Below, in pieces: positions 19,896 through 29,571 of a stretch of 61,879 bases of DNA. A program made the position numbers and the translations under genes. The DNA is taken from assembly GCA_050012475.1 (NCBI GenBank), contig JBEKHC010000017.1, positions 1-61,879 of the forward strand, written 5' to 3'. This stretch comes from Candidatus Velthaea sp. (lineage in GTDB: Bacteria; Vulcanimicrobiota; Vulcanimicrobiia; Vulcanimicrobiales; Vulcanimicrobiaceae). Under the pieces are notes generated by a model. It ran no database searches, was not told where the DNA came from, and saw only the letters and a list, made by a program, of their open reading frames with translations. The stretch's first letter is position 1, and every line of letters begins with the position of its first letter.

Positions 19896-20267
19896 TCAGG
19901 AACGCATGAGCTCGTCGAAAAACGCCTTGTACACGTAATCGACGATCGCCGTCCGCACGGAGTCGGGCACCGAGACGAACGCCACGCGGTGCCGATGGCG
20001 GTCGTCCGCATCCGGGACGCTCAGGACCGTACGGCCGCGCAGTTCGACGTCCAAGCCGGGCGGCAGCTCGAAGGCGATCGTCAGCGCGCTGTTCTGAGCG
20101 AAACTCTCCGCGCTCTCGAATTGTATTCCGCCGCCGCCGATATCGCGCATGCGTCCGGGCTTGGCGGCGACGTCCCCTTCAACGACATAGGTGAGCGGAA
20201 AATTCACGCTCAGCCGCGAGTATTGTCGCAGCCGGATTCCGTCATTGCCGCGCCGGTTGCTAAGCAC
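19896..20267 (-). CDS. PilZ domain protein
   Basis: RQYSR (RxxxR) and DIGGGG (D/NxSxxG-like) motifs in a 123-aa beta-rich protein. Confidence 0.75.
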   Translation of the reverse strand: MLSNRRGNDGIRLRQYSRLSVNFPLTYVVEGDVAAKPGRMRDIGGGGIQFESAESFAQNSALTIAFELPPGLDVELRGRTVLSVPDADDRHRHRVAFVSVPDSVRTAIVDYVYKAFFDELMRS

Positions 20268-20365
20268 CGTGTCCTTTCGTGCGTTCCCAACGTCCTAACA
20301 TTCTTCGTCCACCGACCTGCCAAGCTTTAGCCTTGGCACGCGAGCGCGTGGCGGGCCTCGTCCAT

Positions 20366-20392
20366 CCCGGTTCGCTCGGACCGGGTTTTTTT
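20366..20392 (+). terminator. Intrinsic terminator-like hairpin upstream of infA
   Basis: CCCGGTTC-gctc-GGACCGGG followed by T7. Confidence 0.6.
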
Positions 20393-20424
20393 CTGGGCAG
20401 ACCGCATCTTCTGAAGCGGTCCGC

Positions 20425-20760
20425 ATGTTATACCTTGCGCATGAGTCTTTACAAAGTGAGCTTCCGATAGCTGGCCGACGCGGGACGAAGGCGCCCAAAA
20501 CCGTCCGCCATCCCGACACTTCCGAAAAGCAAGCCTCGCTGGAAGTCTTCGGGACGATAAAACAGGTGTTTCCGAGCACCACCTTCTCGGTCGAACTCGA
20601 GAACGGGCACAGCATCCTGGCCCATATCGCGGGCCGGCTGCGGCGCCACCGGATCAAAATTCTCCCCGGCGACCGGGTCGATCTCGAGATGTCGCCGTAC
20701 GATCTGACCAAGGGCCGGATCATCTACCGCTACCGCGCCGGAGAAGCGCGCCGCTCTTAG
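20425..20760 (+). CDS. infA: Translation initiation factor IF-1 (start uncertain)
   Basis: [49 protein letters not shown]. Confidence 0.92.
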   Translation: MLYLAHESLQSELPIAGRRGTKAPKTVRHPDTSEKQASLEVFGTIKQVFPSTTFSVELENGHSILAHIAGRLRRHRIKILPGDRVDLEMSPYDLTKGRIIYRYRAGEARRS

Positions 20761-21935
20761 CGAATGGCGGCGCGTACGCGCGCCGTTTGGCCCTCCGCCG
20801 ACGCTTCGGGCAGCGACCGCAGCTGCCCGCGCAGTCGCATCACAAGGGCGCTGCGCAGCGCACCGAGGTCCGCTTCGAGGATTGGCCGTTCCACCGCATA
20901 GGTGATCGCGGTCGCGAGCAGGATCGCGGTTGCGATACCAAACGCGAACGTCGCCGCGGGCGGCAAGCCGGCTTGGTGGTACCAGACCGCGATTTCGAGA
21001 TTCCACAAGTACAAGTTGTAGGAAATCATCGACAGAAACACGAGCGCAGGCGCGGTCACGATCGAGCGCCACCGGCCCACCGCGAGCGAGGTCGAGAGCG
21101 CTAGGATCAGGCACAGCGGGCCGACGACGATCCGCACCGCATTGACCCAGTCGTAGGCCGCGTTGATATCCGCGGCCCGGCTGATCGCGGCGACCTCAGC
21201 CAATCCCGCGATCGCGATTGCGAATGCCGCAAACGAACCCAGGGTGGCCAGCCAGCGCGCCGGCGCGCCCGGGGCCGACCTGCGCGCCGTGATGAGGTAC
21301 GCGCCGAACATCCCCGAGCCGAACACGTCCAAATACGCCGGCAACTGGTTGATGAACAGGAAGGTCGAGCCGAGCCCGGCCTTCGCGACCACGAAGCGGT
21401 AGGCTTCAGAGAATGCCAGCAGCAGAACGAAGGTCAGCAGCGGCGACTTGCGCAGGCGCGGATAGATCAGCGGGAACAGCAGATAGAACTGAACCTCGAC
21501 GCCGATCGTCCACAACGGGCCGCTGATCGCTCCGAAGGTGAGCGGCGTAAGGGTGTGCATGAACGTCAGGTGGCTGACGAATTGAATCGCGGCCTCGGCG
21601 GGCGAAGCGAATCGCGCGTGATACACGATGCCGAACACGGCCAGCGCCAGCAGATAGGACGGCAAAATCTTGATCGCGCGCCGGGTGAAGAAGCGGCGCA
21701 TCGTCGGGCCCGGCCGGCCCTCGCGCATCGCCCGCGCGTAGGGATAGAAAATGCAGAAGCCGCTGATGAAGAAGAACAGGTCGACGCCCAGGAATCCGGC
21801 CTCAGCGATGAAGTTGAGCCCGAAGATCCCTTGTCCGCTTACCAGCCAGGCGTGATACCAGACCACAAGCGCGATTGCGAGTCCCCGTAATCCGTCGAGC
21901 ACGTCGAGGCGCTCGCCGGTATATGCTGACGACAC
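20757..21935 (-). CDS. Acyltransferase family 3 (OafA-like) membrane O-acyltransferase
   Basis: [49 protein letters not shown]. Confidence 0.88.
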   Translation of the reverse strand: MSSAYTGERLDVLDGLRGLAIALVVWYHAWLVSGQGIFGLNFIAEAGFLGVDLFFFISGFCIFYPYARAMREGRPGPTMRRFFTRRAIKILPSYLLALAVFGIVYHARFASPAEAAIQFVSHLTFMHTLTPLTFGAISGPLWTIGVEVQFYLLFPLIYPRLRKSPLLTFVLLLAFSEAYRFVVAKAGLGSTFLFINQLPAYLDVFGSGMFGAYLITARRSAPGAPARWLATLGSFAAFAIAIAGLAEVAAISRAADINAAYDWVNAVRIVVGPLCLILALSTSLAVGRWRSIVTAPALVFLSMISYNLYLWNLEIAVWYHQAGLPPAATFAFGIATAILLATAITYAVERPILEADLGALRSALVMRLRGQLRSLPEASAEGQTARVRAAIR

Positions 21936-21990
21936 TTCTCGGCTTTTCCCCAGGAAAAGCCGTCTGAAAAGTGATCAGGACCGCAAGCAG

Positions 21991-22872
21991 CTAAGGCTTC
22001 GCTAGCGCGGCGTCGCTTGATTCCTGGGTAACCGCCGAAATTGCCTCGTACCAAGCGCTCGCGACGGCGGCGTAGCCGCCCGCTCCGCACGGATGAATGC
22101 CGTCGGGGAAGTGGTCGCGATCCCGCGGCACCGCGTCCGCCATGGCGCGGGCCAGCGAGATCTGGAAGCCGCGGCCGGCATATTCGCGCACGAGGCTGGC
22201 CAGGTTTTCGGTGGCCGACGGACCGCAGGCCGCGTCGTTGCCGTCGAAGTGCGCCAGCGTGCAGATGTCGACCAGGGGACTGGCCACGACCGGAGCGACG
22301 ATCACGCGCACGTTGGGACGCTGCTTGAAGATCTCGCCCAGCAACAAATCCATCGAATGCGCGATGTTGGCCAGCGTGTAACCGCCGTCGCGCTTCTCGA
22401 GCCGCAGCAGATCGTTGGTGCCGGCCATGAGCAAGATCAGATCCGGTTGGTAGCGGTGGATGGCCTTACGCACGAGCGCGCCGTAGAGCTGTCCCGGTCC
22501 GGGGTCCGAGGGGAAGGAGCGCAGGACGTAGCCCGGCCAGCCTTCGTGCGCGCGGTCGTCGATCGCCGCCGAGTAGTCGCTGCGCGAACCGACGAATTTC
22601 ACGCGGTACCCATTTTTGGCCAGCAGCTTGGCAAGCGCGCCCCGGTACCCGCCGTCATCGATGCGCGACCCGTTCGCGCCGACGCCCGCGGTGATCGAAT
22701 CACCCAGCGCCATGACCCGCATGACCGAGTTCCGGGCGAGCATCGTGGGAGCAGGATGGGGCGCCGCCGGCCCCCCGGCTGCCGGTGACGGCTGGGCAAG
22801 GGCCGGAAAAGCCGAACCGGCCGTCAACATAAGGACGGTGCAGACGAAGCCCATAAGGCGTTCAATGTGCAC
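21991..22872 (-). CDS. Secreted SGNH/GDSL hydrolase
   Basis: Signal peptide; LGDSIT, HEG, GTND, DGIHP. Confidence 0.85.
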   Translation of the reverse strand: MHIERLMGFVCTVLMLTAGSAFPALAQPSPAAGGPAAPHPAPTMLARNSVMRVMALGDSITAGVGANGSRIDDGGYRGALAKLLAKNGYRVKFVGSRSDYSAAIDDRAHEGWPGYVLRSFPSDPGPGQLYGALVRKAIHRYQPDLILLMAGTNDLLRLEKRDGGYTLANIAHSMDLLLGEIFKQRPNVRVIVAPVVASPLVDICTLAHFDGNDAACGPSATENLASLVREYAGRGFQISLARAMADAVPRDRDHFPDGIHPCGAGGYAAVASAWYEAISAVTQESSDAALAKP

Positions 22873-23034
22873 GATACATCCGCGCTTCGATTGTGACCCC
22901 GATCATTTCCTTCGCCAAATCCGCTCTTTGTCGCAAGGATTTTTGTCCCTGCGAGTTGGGGGCATATGTAATCTGTCATCGGCGATATGCCACGCGACTT
23001 TAGCGCGGCGCGCCGGGCGTCGGAAATTTGACGG

Positions 23035-23077
23035 AAAAACGAAAGCGGAGTGCCGTCAGGAATGACGGCGCCCCGCT
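23035..23077 (-). terminator. Intrinsic terminator after the small membrane protein gene
   Basis: AGCGG.GTGCCGTCA-gga-ATGACGGCG.CCCGCT imperfect stem, followed on the minus strand by TTTCGTTTTT. Confidence 0.5.
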
Positions 23078-23149
23078 CGATGCGATCGGTTTGTTTCGGC
23101 TGCACGGCCGGGTCTCGCGCCTTCGCGAGATCCCGGAGTGTCCGGATCG

Positions 23150-23308
23150 TTACACGCGTGCGCCGCGTCCGGTCAGCACGTTGAAGACCAACAGCACGAG
23201 TGCGATCACCAACAAAATGTGGATTAAACCGCCGCCGATGTGAATGGCGAATCCCAACACCCAGAACACAAACAGGACGACGATGATTCCCCAAATCAAT
23301 CCGGCCAT
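23150..23308 (-). CDS. Small membrane protein, lmo0937/DUF5670-like (52 aa; absent from the ORF track)
   Basis: Hand translation MAGLIWGIIVVLFVFWVLGFAIHIGGGLIHILLVIALVLLVFNVLTGRGARV; GGAGGAGAG RBS. Confidence 0.85.
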   Translation of the reverse strand: MAGLIWGIIVVLFVFWVLGFAIHIGGGLIHILLVIALVLLVFNVLTGRGARV

Positions 23309-23437
23309 TTTCTCTCTCCTCCACGCTCGCGGCGCTGACGAACGTATCTTTGCCCAGATATCGCAAGCTTAAGCAACATCGATCCACGCCGTGCGGCGCA
23401 CCGAGCGAGCGCACTTCGTATGAAACGGATGCTTCAG

Positions 23438-23905
23438 ATGTCCGAACGACCACCGCTTCCGCCCTTCACTGCCGAGACCGCGGCGCTCAAAGCGCGCCTG
23501 GCCGAGGACGCGTGGAACACCCGTGATCCCGACCACGTCGCCGGCGCGTATACGCAAGACAGCCGCTGGCGCAACCGCGCCGAGTTCTTTTCCGGCCGCG
23601 CGGAAATCGTCGCGTTCTTGCACCGCAAATGGGAGCGCGAACTCGATTACAAACTCATCAAGGGCGTCTGGGTCTTCGGCGCCGAGCGCATCGGCGTGCG
23701 ATTCGCGTACGAATGGCACGACCATGGCGGGCAATGGTTTCGCAGCTACGGCAACGAGATGTGGGAGTTCGCGCCCGACGGTCTGATGCGCCGGCGTGAA
23801 GCAAGCATCAACGATGTCGCCATCGGTGAGACGGAGCGTTGCTTTCGCTGGGCAGGGTCGCGCCGGCCCGACGGTCATCCGGGTTTGCCCGAACTCGATC
23901 TTTGA
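23438..23905 (+). CDS. DUF1348 / NTF2-like protein
   Basis: [44 protein letters not shown]. Confidence 0.88.
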   Translation: MSERPPLPPFTAETAALKARLAEDAWNTRDPDHVAGAYTQDSRWRNRAEFFSGRAEIVAFLHRKWERELDYKLIKGVWVFGAERIGVRFAYEWHDHGGQWFRSYGNEMWEFAPDGLMRRREASINDVAIGETERCFRWAGSRRPDGHPGLPELDL

Positions 23906-23923
23906 CGCCGGAACCCGCGGCGC

Positions 23924-24742
23924 TCAGCGCTGCAAGAGCCGCAGGATCGCTTTGAAACGCCGCCCGTAGGGCGGCTCGAGCAGCGCGTAGCCGCTGAATT
24001 TGGCTTGTTCGAACACGGCTTTGCGATGCGAAAACGTTTCGAATCCGGCGCGCCCGTGGTACGCGCCCATCCCACTGGGCCCGACGCCTCCGAACGGCAG
24101 TCCATCTTGCGGAAACTGCAGCATGACGTCGTTGATGCAGGCGCCGCCGCTGGTGGTCTCTTCGAGCACCCGCGCGATGTCGGCGGAATTTGCGCCGAAG
24201 TAATACAGCGCCAGCGGATGCGGCCGCGCGTTGACGTAGGCGATGGCTTCATCGAGCGTGCGATACGTGCGGGCGGCGAGAATCGGCCCAAAGCAGATGG
24301 TCGAACGGCAGCGCCGCGAACGCCTGGGCGGTTTCCACGGCGCCGGTGCGCGGTTGCCCGCCGCCAGCGCACCGGCGAGCGGACCGAACGCCAGCAGCAG
24401 CGGGTAATTCCAAGCCGCGATGATTCCCACCACGCCGAGCGGACGGCGGACGATGCGCGCGCGAGCGGGCCAGAAATGCGGCGCGATCGCGACGGCTTCG
24501 GGTTTCATCCACGTCGCCAGATGGCGGCGCGCATAGCGCGCTGCTTCGAGCGTTGGGTAAATTTCGAGCAATTCGGTTTCGTGCGCGGAACGCTGTCCGA
24601 AGTCGGCCGCGACGGTTTGCGCGATTGCGCGCGCGTGCTCGCGAACGATGCGCTCGAGCGTGGCGAGGTGGGCGCGACGTCGGGCGAGCGCGGGAATATC
24701 GCGTGCCGCTGCGGCTCGCATCCGCGCGAGCCGAGCGCGCAA
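23924..24742 (-). pseudogene. Coniferyl-aldehyde-type aldehyde dehydrogenase pseudogene with two internal deletions
   Basis: PLGVVGIIAAWNYP...ALAAGNR joined to FGPIL...PLALY...PFGGVGPSGMG; LPFDHLL present out of frame; catalytic Glu/Cys region missing. Confidence 0.85.
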
Positions 24743-24748
24743 GGCGGC

Positions 24749-25474
24749 TTAGGCCGGCCCGAAAACCGCGCGGTCGATGAGATAGGCTGCGTCGTCGATG
24801 AGTTGCTTGGAGAATTTCTCGCGTTCGCTCAGCGCGACGCGAAACACGCCTTCCATCGCGACGAAGATCGCCGACGACAGCCGCGCCGTAACGGCGTCGC
24901 TGACCATGCCGGCCGCATTGAGCCGGCCCAGGTAGTCGCGCAGCAGATCGCGCATCGCGCTGGGGCGGCGCCCGTCTTCGTGCGGGTCGCCGGTTTCCAG
25001 CATCGCCGGCACGGCTTGCATGAGGGCCGGCGACCCGATGCCGCCGGCGAGCACGCTGCGAATCCATTCATGCAGGCGCTCGCGTTCTCGTTCGCGGGTC
25101 GTCACCGGGCCGGCCAGCGTGCCGGCTTGCGCAAGAACGCCGTCGTTGACGAATTGCACCGCGGCCATGATCGCTTCGCGGCGCGAGCGGAAATGGCGAT
25201 AGATCGTGCCCGGGGCGACGCCCGCCTCGCGCGCGATCACGGTCATCGTGACGTGCTCGATGCGGCGGCGCTCGAGCAGCTTGACGATGGCACCGATGAT
25301 CCGGTCGACGTTGCCGTTGGGCGAGCGCCGGCGCGGCACCACCACATCATCGTCGCCGACTCGTCCGAGATAGGTCCAGCGTGCCCGCGAGCGGCCGGTT
25401 CCGGTATCGCGGACCGATTCCACCCGGTAACGATAGCGATGGCCTTTGACGATCTTCGTTACCTCGTACGCCAT
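24749..25474 (-). CDS. TetR/AcrR family regulator with an extra N-terminal domain
   Basis: TMTVIAREAGVAPGTIYRHFRSR HTH preceded by about 50 aa MAYEVTKIVKGHRYRYRVESVRD...WTYLGR. Confidence 0.82.
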   Translation of the reverse strand: MAYEVTKIVKGHRYRYRVESVRDTGTGRSRARWTYLGRVGDDDVVVPRRRSPNGNVDRIIGAIVKLLERRRIEHVTMTVIAREAGVAPGTIYRHFRSRREAIMAAVQFVNDGVLAQAGTLAGPVTTRERERERLHEWIRSVLAGGIGSPALMQAVPAMLETGDPHEDGRRPSAMRDLLRDYLGRLNAAGMVSDAVTARLSSAIFVAMEGVFRVALSEREKFSKQLIDDAAYLIDRAVFGPA

Positions 25475-25528
25475 GGCCGAGGGCTTCCACGTTGTGGTAT
25501 TCTCGCCTCGTCGATTTCAGGAGTTACC

Positions 25529-25837
25529 ATGGCAACTGAAGCGCGACCCGCGTTTCTCGCAATTACCGGGCTCCCCGAGCACGATACGCTCGATGCTGCA
25601 GCCCGGTTCGCCGTTTCCCTGCGCGACGCGTCGGGAGAGGGCGAGTTCCATCCCGGCGTGGCGGAATGTTCGCGCCTTGCCGGACGCGCGTTCGGCGGCG
25701 ACGGTTCGGCTTGGGCGCCGCTGGTGAAAGCCGTTCGGCAGCTGCTGGCCGATCGGCCGCTGCACACCGGACCCGGCCAAAAATCGCGGCGAGAATTGCG
25801 CGCGTTCGTGGCTGAGAACGCCGACTTGCTGGACTGA
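25529..25837 (+). CDS. Hypothetical protein (102 aa)
   Basis: AGGAG RBS then ATG 25529; fills the gap before pyrD; natural composition. Confidence 0.6.
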   Translation: MATEARPAFLAITGLPEHDTLDAAARFAVSLRDASGEGEFHPGVAECSRLAGRAFGGDGSAWAPLVKAVRQLLADRPLHTGPGQKSRRELRAFVAENADLLD

Positions 25838-25906
25838 CGTTCGGGGCAACGCGGGCGCTCGAGCCGCACGCGGGTTGCGCTCGGCGCGGAGCGAAGCGGT
25901 GGATCC

Positions 25907-26965
25907 GTGATCGATCCGTATCCGTTGGTCAAACCGTTGTTGATGCGACTTGATCCCGAGACCGCGCACGAGTTTGCGTTGCGCGCGCTCGCCCTGGGCG
26001 TCGTCCCCAGACCGGCGCCGCTGAGCGATCCGATTTTGGCCGGCGCGCTTTTCGGCCGCCGGCTTGCCCATCCGATCGGCCTTGCGGCGGGCTTCGACAA
26101 GGACGCCCGCGTCTACCGAACGATGTTCGGCCAGGGCTTCTCATTCGTCGAGGTCGGCGGCGTAACGCCGCTGCCGCAACCCGGCAATCCGCGGCCGCGG
26201 GTGTTCCGGCTGCCGGACGACGCGGCCGTCATCAACCGGATGGGCTTTCCCAGCGCGGGTGCGGCGCTGGTCGAATACCGGTTAGCGAGTCAGCCGCGAG
26301 CGCCTGGGATGCTTGGTATCAACTTGGCGAGCAACGCGCAATCTCCCGATCCGGTCGCCGATTTCAGCGGACTGGTCGCGCGCTTCGCCCGTTACGCCGA
26401 TTTTCTCACGCTCGATATCTCGTGTCCGAATACGGCCAACGGCCGCATGTTCTTGGAACCGCAACGCTTGCGTGAACTGCTCGCGGCGGTGGCTGCGGTG
26501 CCGCTCGGGCTGCCGCGGCCGAAAATCGTGGCTAAACTTTCGCCGGACATCGAACCCGCGGCGCTGCACGAACTCGTCGGCGTCCTCGTCGACACCCGCA
26601 TCGACGGCATCATCGTGAGCAATACGACGGCCAGCCGCCCGCCGCTGGCAAGCGCGCACCGCGCGCAGGCCGGCGGACTAAGCGGCCGGCCGTTGTTCGC
26701 GGCTTCGACGGCGATGCTGGCGACCGTCGCGCGCTTGACCGGCGGGAGCGTTCCGCTCATCGGCGTCGGCGGGATCGCCAGCGGCGCGGATGCCTACGCC
26801 AAGATTCGCGCGGGTGCCTCGGCGGTGCAACTCTACACCGCGCTGATCTACGGCGGGACGTCGCTGGTCGCGCGTATCGGAACCGAACTGGCCGCTCTGC
26901 TGCGCCGCGACGGCTTCACCTCCGTCGCGCAAGCCGCCGGCGCATCGACCGCATTCGAAAATTAA
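25907..26965 (+). CDS. pyrD: Dihydroorotate dehydrogenase (quinone), class 2
   Basis: DPETAH, GLAAGFDK, QPGNPRPRVFRL, INRMGF, KLSPD, SNTT, GGLSG, QLYT. Confidence 0.93.
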   Translation: MIDPYPLVKPLLMRLDPETAHEFALRALALGVVPRPAPLSDPILAGALFGRRLAHPIGLAAGFDKDARVYRTMFGQGFSFVEVGGVTPLPQPGNPRPRVFRLPDDAAVINRMGFPSAGAALVEYRLASQPRAPGMLGINLASNAQSPDPVADFSGLVARFARYADFLTLDISCPNTANGRMFLEPQRLRELLAAVAAVPLGLPRPKIVAKLSPDIEPAALHELVGVLVDTRIDGIIVSNTTASRPPLASAHRAQAGGLSGRPLFAASTAMLATVARLTGGSVPLIGVGGIASGADAYAKIRAGASAVQLYTALIYGGTSLVARIGTELAALLRRDGFTSVAQAAGASTAFEN

Positions 26966-27016
26966 TCCGGCTGCAGCCGGATTCCGGGCGAAGCGCGCGA
27001 ATGCACGGAGTCAATT

Positions 27017-27526
27017 ATGAGATCGCAGCGTCTCATCGCGCTGGTCATCGCACTCGCGGTGGCTAGTTTCGGCGCTTGGTGGGTCATCAAAGGACGGCAT
27101 CATGGCGGCGGTGACAGCATCATCGTCTACTACACGAAGACCGACGGCACGAGCGAAGTGCCGTGGCGCGTGTCGCTGGGCCCCGCACGGGATCCCAAGA
27201 GCATCGCGTTTTACGCCGCCGCGCAAGCCCTCGCCGGACCTTCGTCCGATATCGAGGCGATTCGCTTTCCCGCCGGAACGCACGTCCGCGCCGTCGAGAT
27301 CGACGGTTCGGTCGTCGATGTCGATCTGTCCAGCGAGGTCGAGAAATCCGCCGAGGGCGGCTTGGCGGAAACAGCGGAGTTCAAATCACTGGTCTGGACA
27401 TTGACCGATCCGAAAACGCTGCCGGGCATTGCGACCGTTCGTATCCGCGTCGATGGAACGCGCGTCGCCACCCTTCCGGGAGGTCACTTCGAGCTCGATG
27501 AACCACTTTCGCGATCGACTTTCTAA
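27017..27526 (+). CDS. GerMN domain membrane-anchored protein
   Basis: N-terminal TM; ALAGP...FPAGT...VDLS...LVWTLT...VRIRVDG...PLSR; GGAG RBS. Confidence 0.8.
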   Translation: MRSQRLIALVIALAVASFGAWWVIKGRHHGGGDSIIVYYTKTDGTSEVPWRVSLGPARDPKSIAFYAAAQALAGPSSDIEAIRFPAGTHVRAVEIDGSVVDVDLSSEVEKSAEGGLAETAEFKSLVWTLTDPKTLPGIATVRIRVDGTRVATLPGGHFELDEPLSRSTF

Positions 27527-27542
27527 GTGCACCTCGGCCGCC

Positions 27543-29561
27543 ATGCGCCGGGCCGCGCCCGCACTGCTCGCGGTTTTCGCATCGGCAAGTGCCGGCGTGC
27601 CGCTTGCCGCCGGCGCGCAGAGTGCGCCCGTCACGACGTTTTGGTTCGCCGGCACGCGGCTGATCTTCGACGCACCGACCGCGCTCGAAGGCGACATCGC
27701 CGTTTCCGTGCACGACAGCGGCTTGCAGCGGCTGCTGGCGCGCGTGGGCGCGAGCATCTCGTACGAGCCCCAGCAGCGTTACGTGATGCTGACGTCGGCC
27801 GATCGGCGGGTCATTAGTTTCACGATCGGCGACAATCGCTATTCGGTCGGGGGCGTCGTTTCGACCGCGACGTTTGCGCCGTTTTTCGACGGCACCGACG
27901 TCATCGTGCCGCTCTACGCGATCGCCCGGGCGCTGTATTTGCAGCCGGTCGCGGCCGGTCTGGAAACGGTGTTCGAGCCGCAGATCGGGGCCCTCGACGT
28001 CCGTCCCGACGGGCGGCGCACCATCGTCACGCTGCACGGCGCGACGGCGTTGCGCTACGTCAAGGTCAGCGAAACACCCGACCGGTTAGCGGTGACGTTT
28101 TCCGGCACCGGTTCGACCTTGGCGCCCAACCGCCGAATCGGCGGGGGCGTCGATGAAGTCGACGTCGCCGTTGCGGGCAGCGTGAAGAATCCCAGTTCGA
28201 CCGTGACGATCGTCGCGCCGAGAGGAGCGCGGCATCTGATCGCGACGCCGTTGTCGCCGTTCGACTTCAGCGTAACCTTCGCGCCCGCGGGCGTGGCACT
28301 CGATCCCAACGCGCCCGCGCTGCCCCCGGCTCCCGTCGCGGTTGCGCGTCCGCTCGCAACCCCCGCACCTCCGCCGGCGCCGTATGTGGCGCCGGCGCCG
28401 TATGTTGCGCCGCGCGCGCCGAACCCGGTGCCCAGCAGCGCTCCGCAAGCCGAAAGCACGCCGGAGTCCGGCGCCGCAACGGTCACCGACGTGGCGGTCG
28501 AGCCGCGCGACGGCGGCGTCAGCGTGCGCCTCTCGATCGATGGAACGGCAGCGTACGCGTGGCATCGCCTGCGCGACGATCGCTGGTATCTGGACCTGGC
28601 CAATACAACCTTGGCCGGCGACGCGCGCGAGGAGCGGCCCAATGCGCCGGCGGTCGATGCGGTCCGCGTGCGACAAATCGGAACGCCGGATGCGCCGATC
28701 GTTCGCGTCGCGTTCACCCTGCGCGGCGAACGTCGAGTCGAGGTTACGCCGGCTGAAGGCTTGCTGACAGTTGCCGTGGCGGATCAGCCCGATACCGATC
28801 TCGCGCGCAGTGGGAACGGACAACTCGGCGGCGCAACCGTCGCGCAAAGCAATGCGCAGGCGCCGGCCGGACCACCGGTTGCGCCGATTGCGCCCGCGCC
28901 GCAGAACACGCCGTGGAAGTTCAGTCCGTCCGGCGAAGGTAGCCGGATCATCGTTCTCGATCCCGGTCACGGCGGGGCCGACGCCGGCACGGCCCACAAC
29001 GGCTTGATGGAAAAAGATCTGACGCTGAACATCGCGCTGCGCCTGCGGACGCTGCTGGCCCAAGCCGGCTGGAACGTGCTCCTCACCCGCGATACCGATG
29101 TCGACCCCGTCACGCCCGAATTGCTGACGACGTTCTCGGGCGACGGGCGGCCCAATGCGAGCGATCGCGCCTACCTGCAGACGCGCTGCGATGTCGCCAA
29201 CGTCAACAACGCGCGGATGTTCATCAGCATCCACGTCAACTACGCCGACTCACCGAGCGTGCATGGCACGACGTTCTACTATAGCAAGCAGCAAGACGTT
29301 CCGTTGGCGCAGGCCCTCGAGCGCGGGATGATCCCGTCGGCCGGCACGGAAGACGATGGGGTTGTCAAAAGCAATCTGTACGTCACCAAACACACCAACA
29401 TGCCCGCCGTGCTGATCGAAACGGCGTTCATCTCCAACCCGGGCGACGTCCGATTGCTCTCCGATCCAACCTTCTTGCAAAACGTCGCGGCCGGCATCGC
29501 TGCGGGCGTGAAGTCGTACGCCGGGGCAGTGCCCCCGCCGGCGGCTAATTCCGACCAATGA
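27543..29561 (+). CDS. N-acetylmuramoyl-L-alanine amidase (AMIN-like domains, Pro-rich linker, Amidase_3)
   Basis: Signal peptide; IVLDPGHGG, EKDLTL, FISIHVN, PAVLIETAFISN. Confidence 0.88.
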   Translation: MRRAAPALLAVFASASAGVPLAAGAQSAPVTTFWFAGTRLIFDAPTALEGDIAVSVHDSGLQRLLARVGASISYEPQQRYVMLTSADRRVISFTIGDNRYSVGGVVSTATFAPFFDGTDVIVPLYAIARALYLQPVAAGLETVFEPQIGALDVRPDGRRTIVTLHGATALRYVKVSETPDRLAVTFSGTGSTLAPNRRIGGGVDEVDVAVAGSVKNPSSTVTIVAPRGARHLIATPLSPFDFSVTFAPAGVALDPNAPALPPAPVAVARPLATPAPPPAPYVAPAPYVAPRAPNPVPSSAPQAESTPESGAATVTDVAVEPRDGGVSVRLSIDGTAAYAWHRLRDDRWYLDLANTTLAGDAREERPNAPAVDAVRVRQIGTPDAPIVRVAFTLRGERRVEVTPAEGLLTVAVADQPDTDLARSGNGQLGGATVAQSNAQAPAGPPVAPIAPAPQNTPWKFSPSGEGSRIIVLDPGHGGADAGTAHNGLMEKDLTLNIALRLRTLLAQAGWNVLLTRDTDVDPVTPELLTTFSGDGRPNASDRAYLQTRCDVANVNNARMFISIHVNYADSPSVHGTTFYYSKQQDVPLAQALERGMIPSAGTEDDGVVKSNLYVTKHTNMPAVLIETAFISNPGDVRLLSDPTFLQNVAAGIAAGVKSYAGAVPPPAANSDQ

Positions 29562-29571
29562 CGCGCTAGTC

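Noticed and set aside
24005..25528. Upstream part of the 610-aa + strand ORF
   Set aside because: Antisense to ALDH and TetR; only the part from ATG 25529 has an RBS and is credible
26964..26983. Perfect 20-bp palindrome AATCCGGCTGCAGCCGGATT after pyrD
   Set aside because: Single copy, no U-tract, no supporting context
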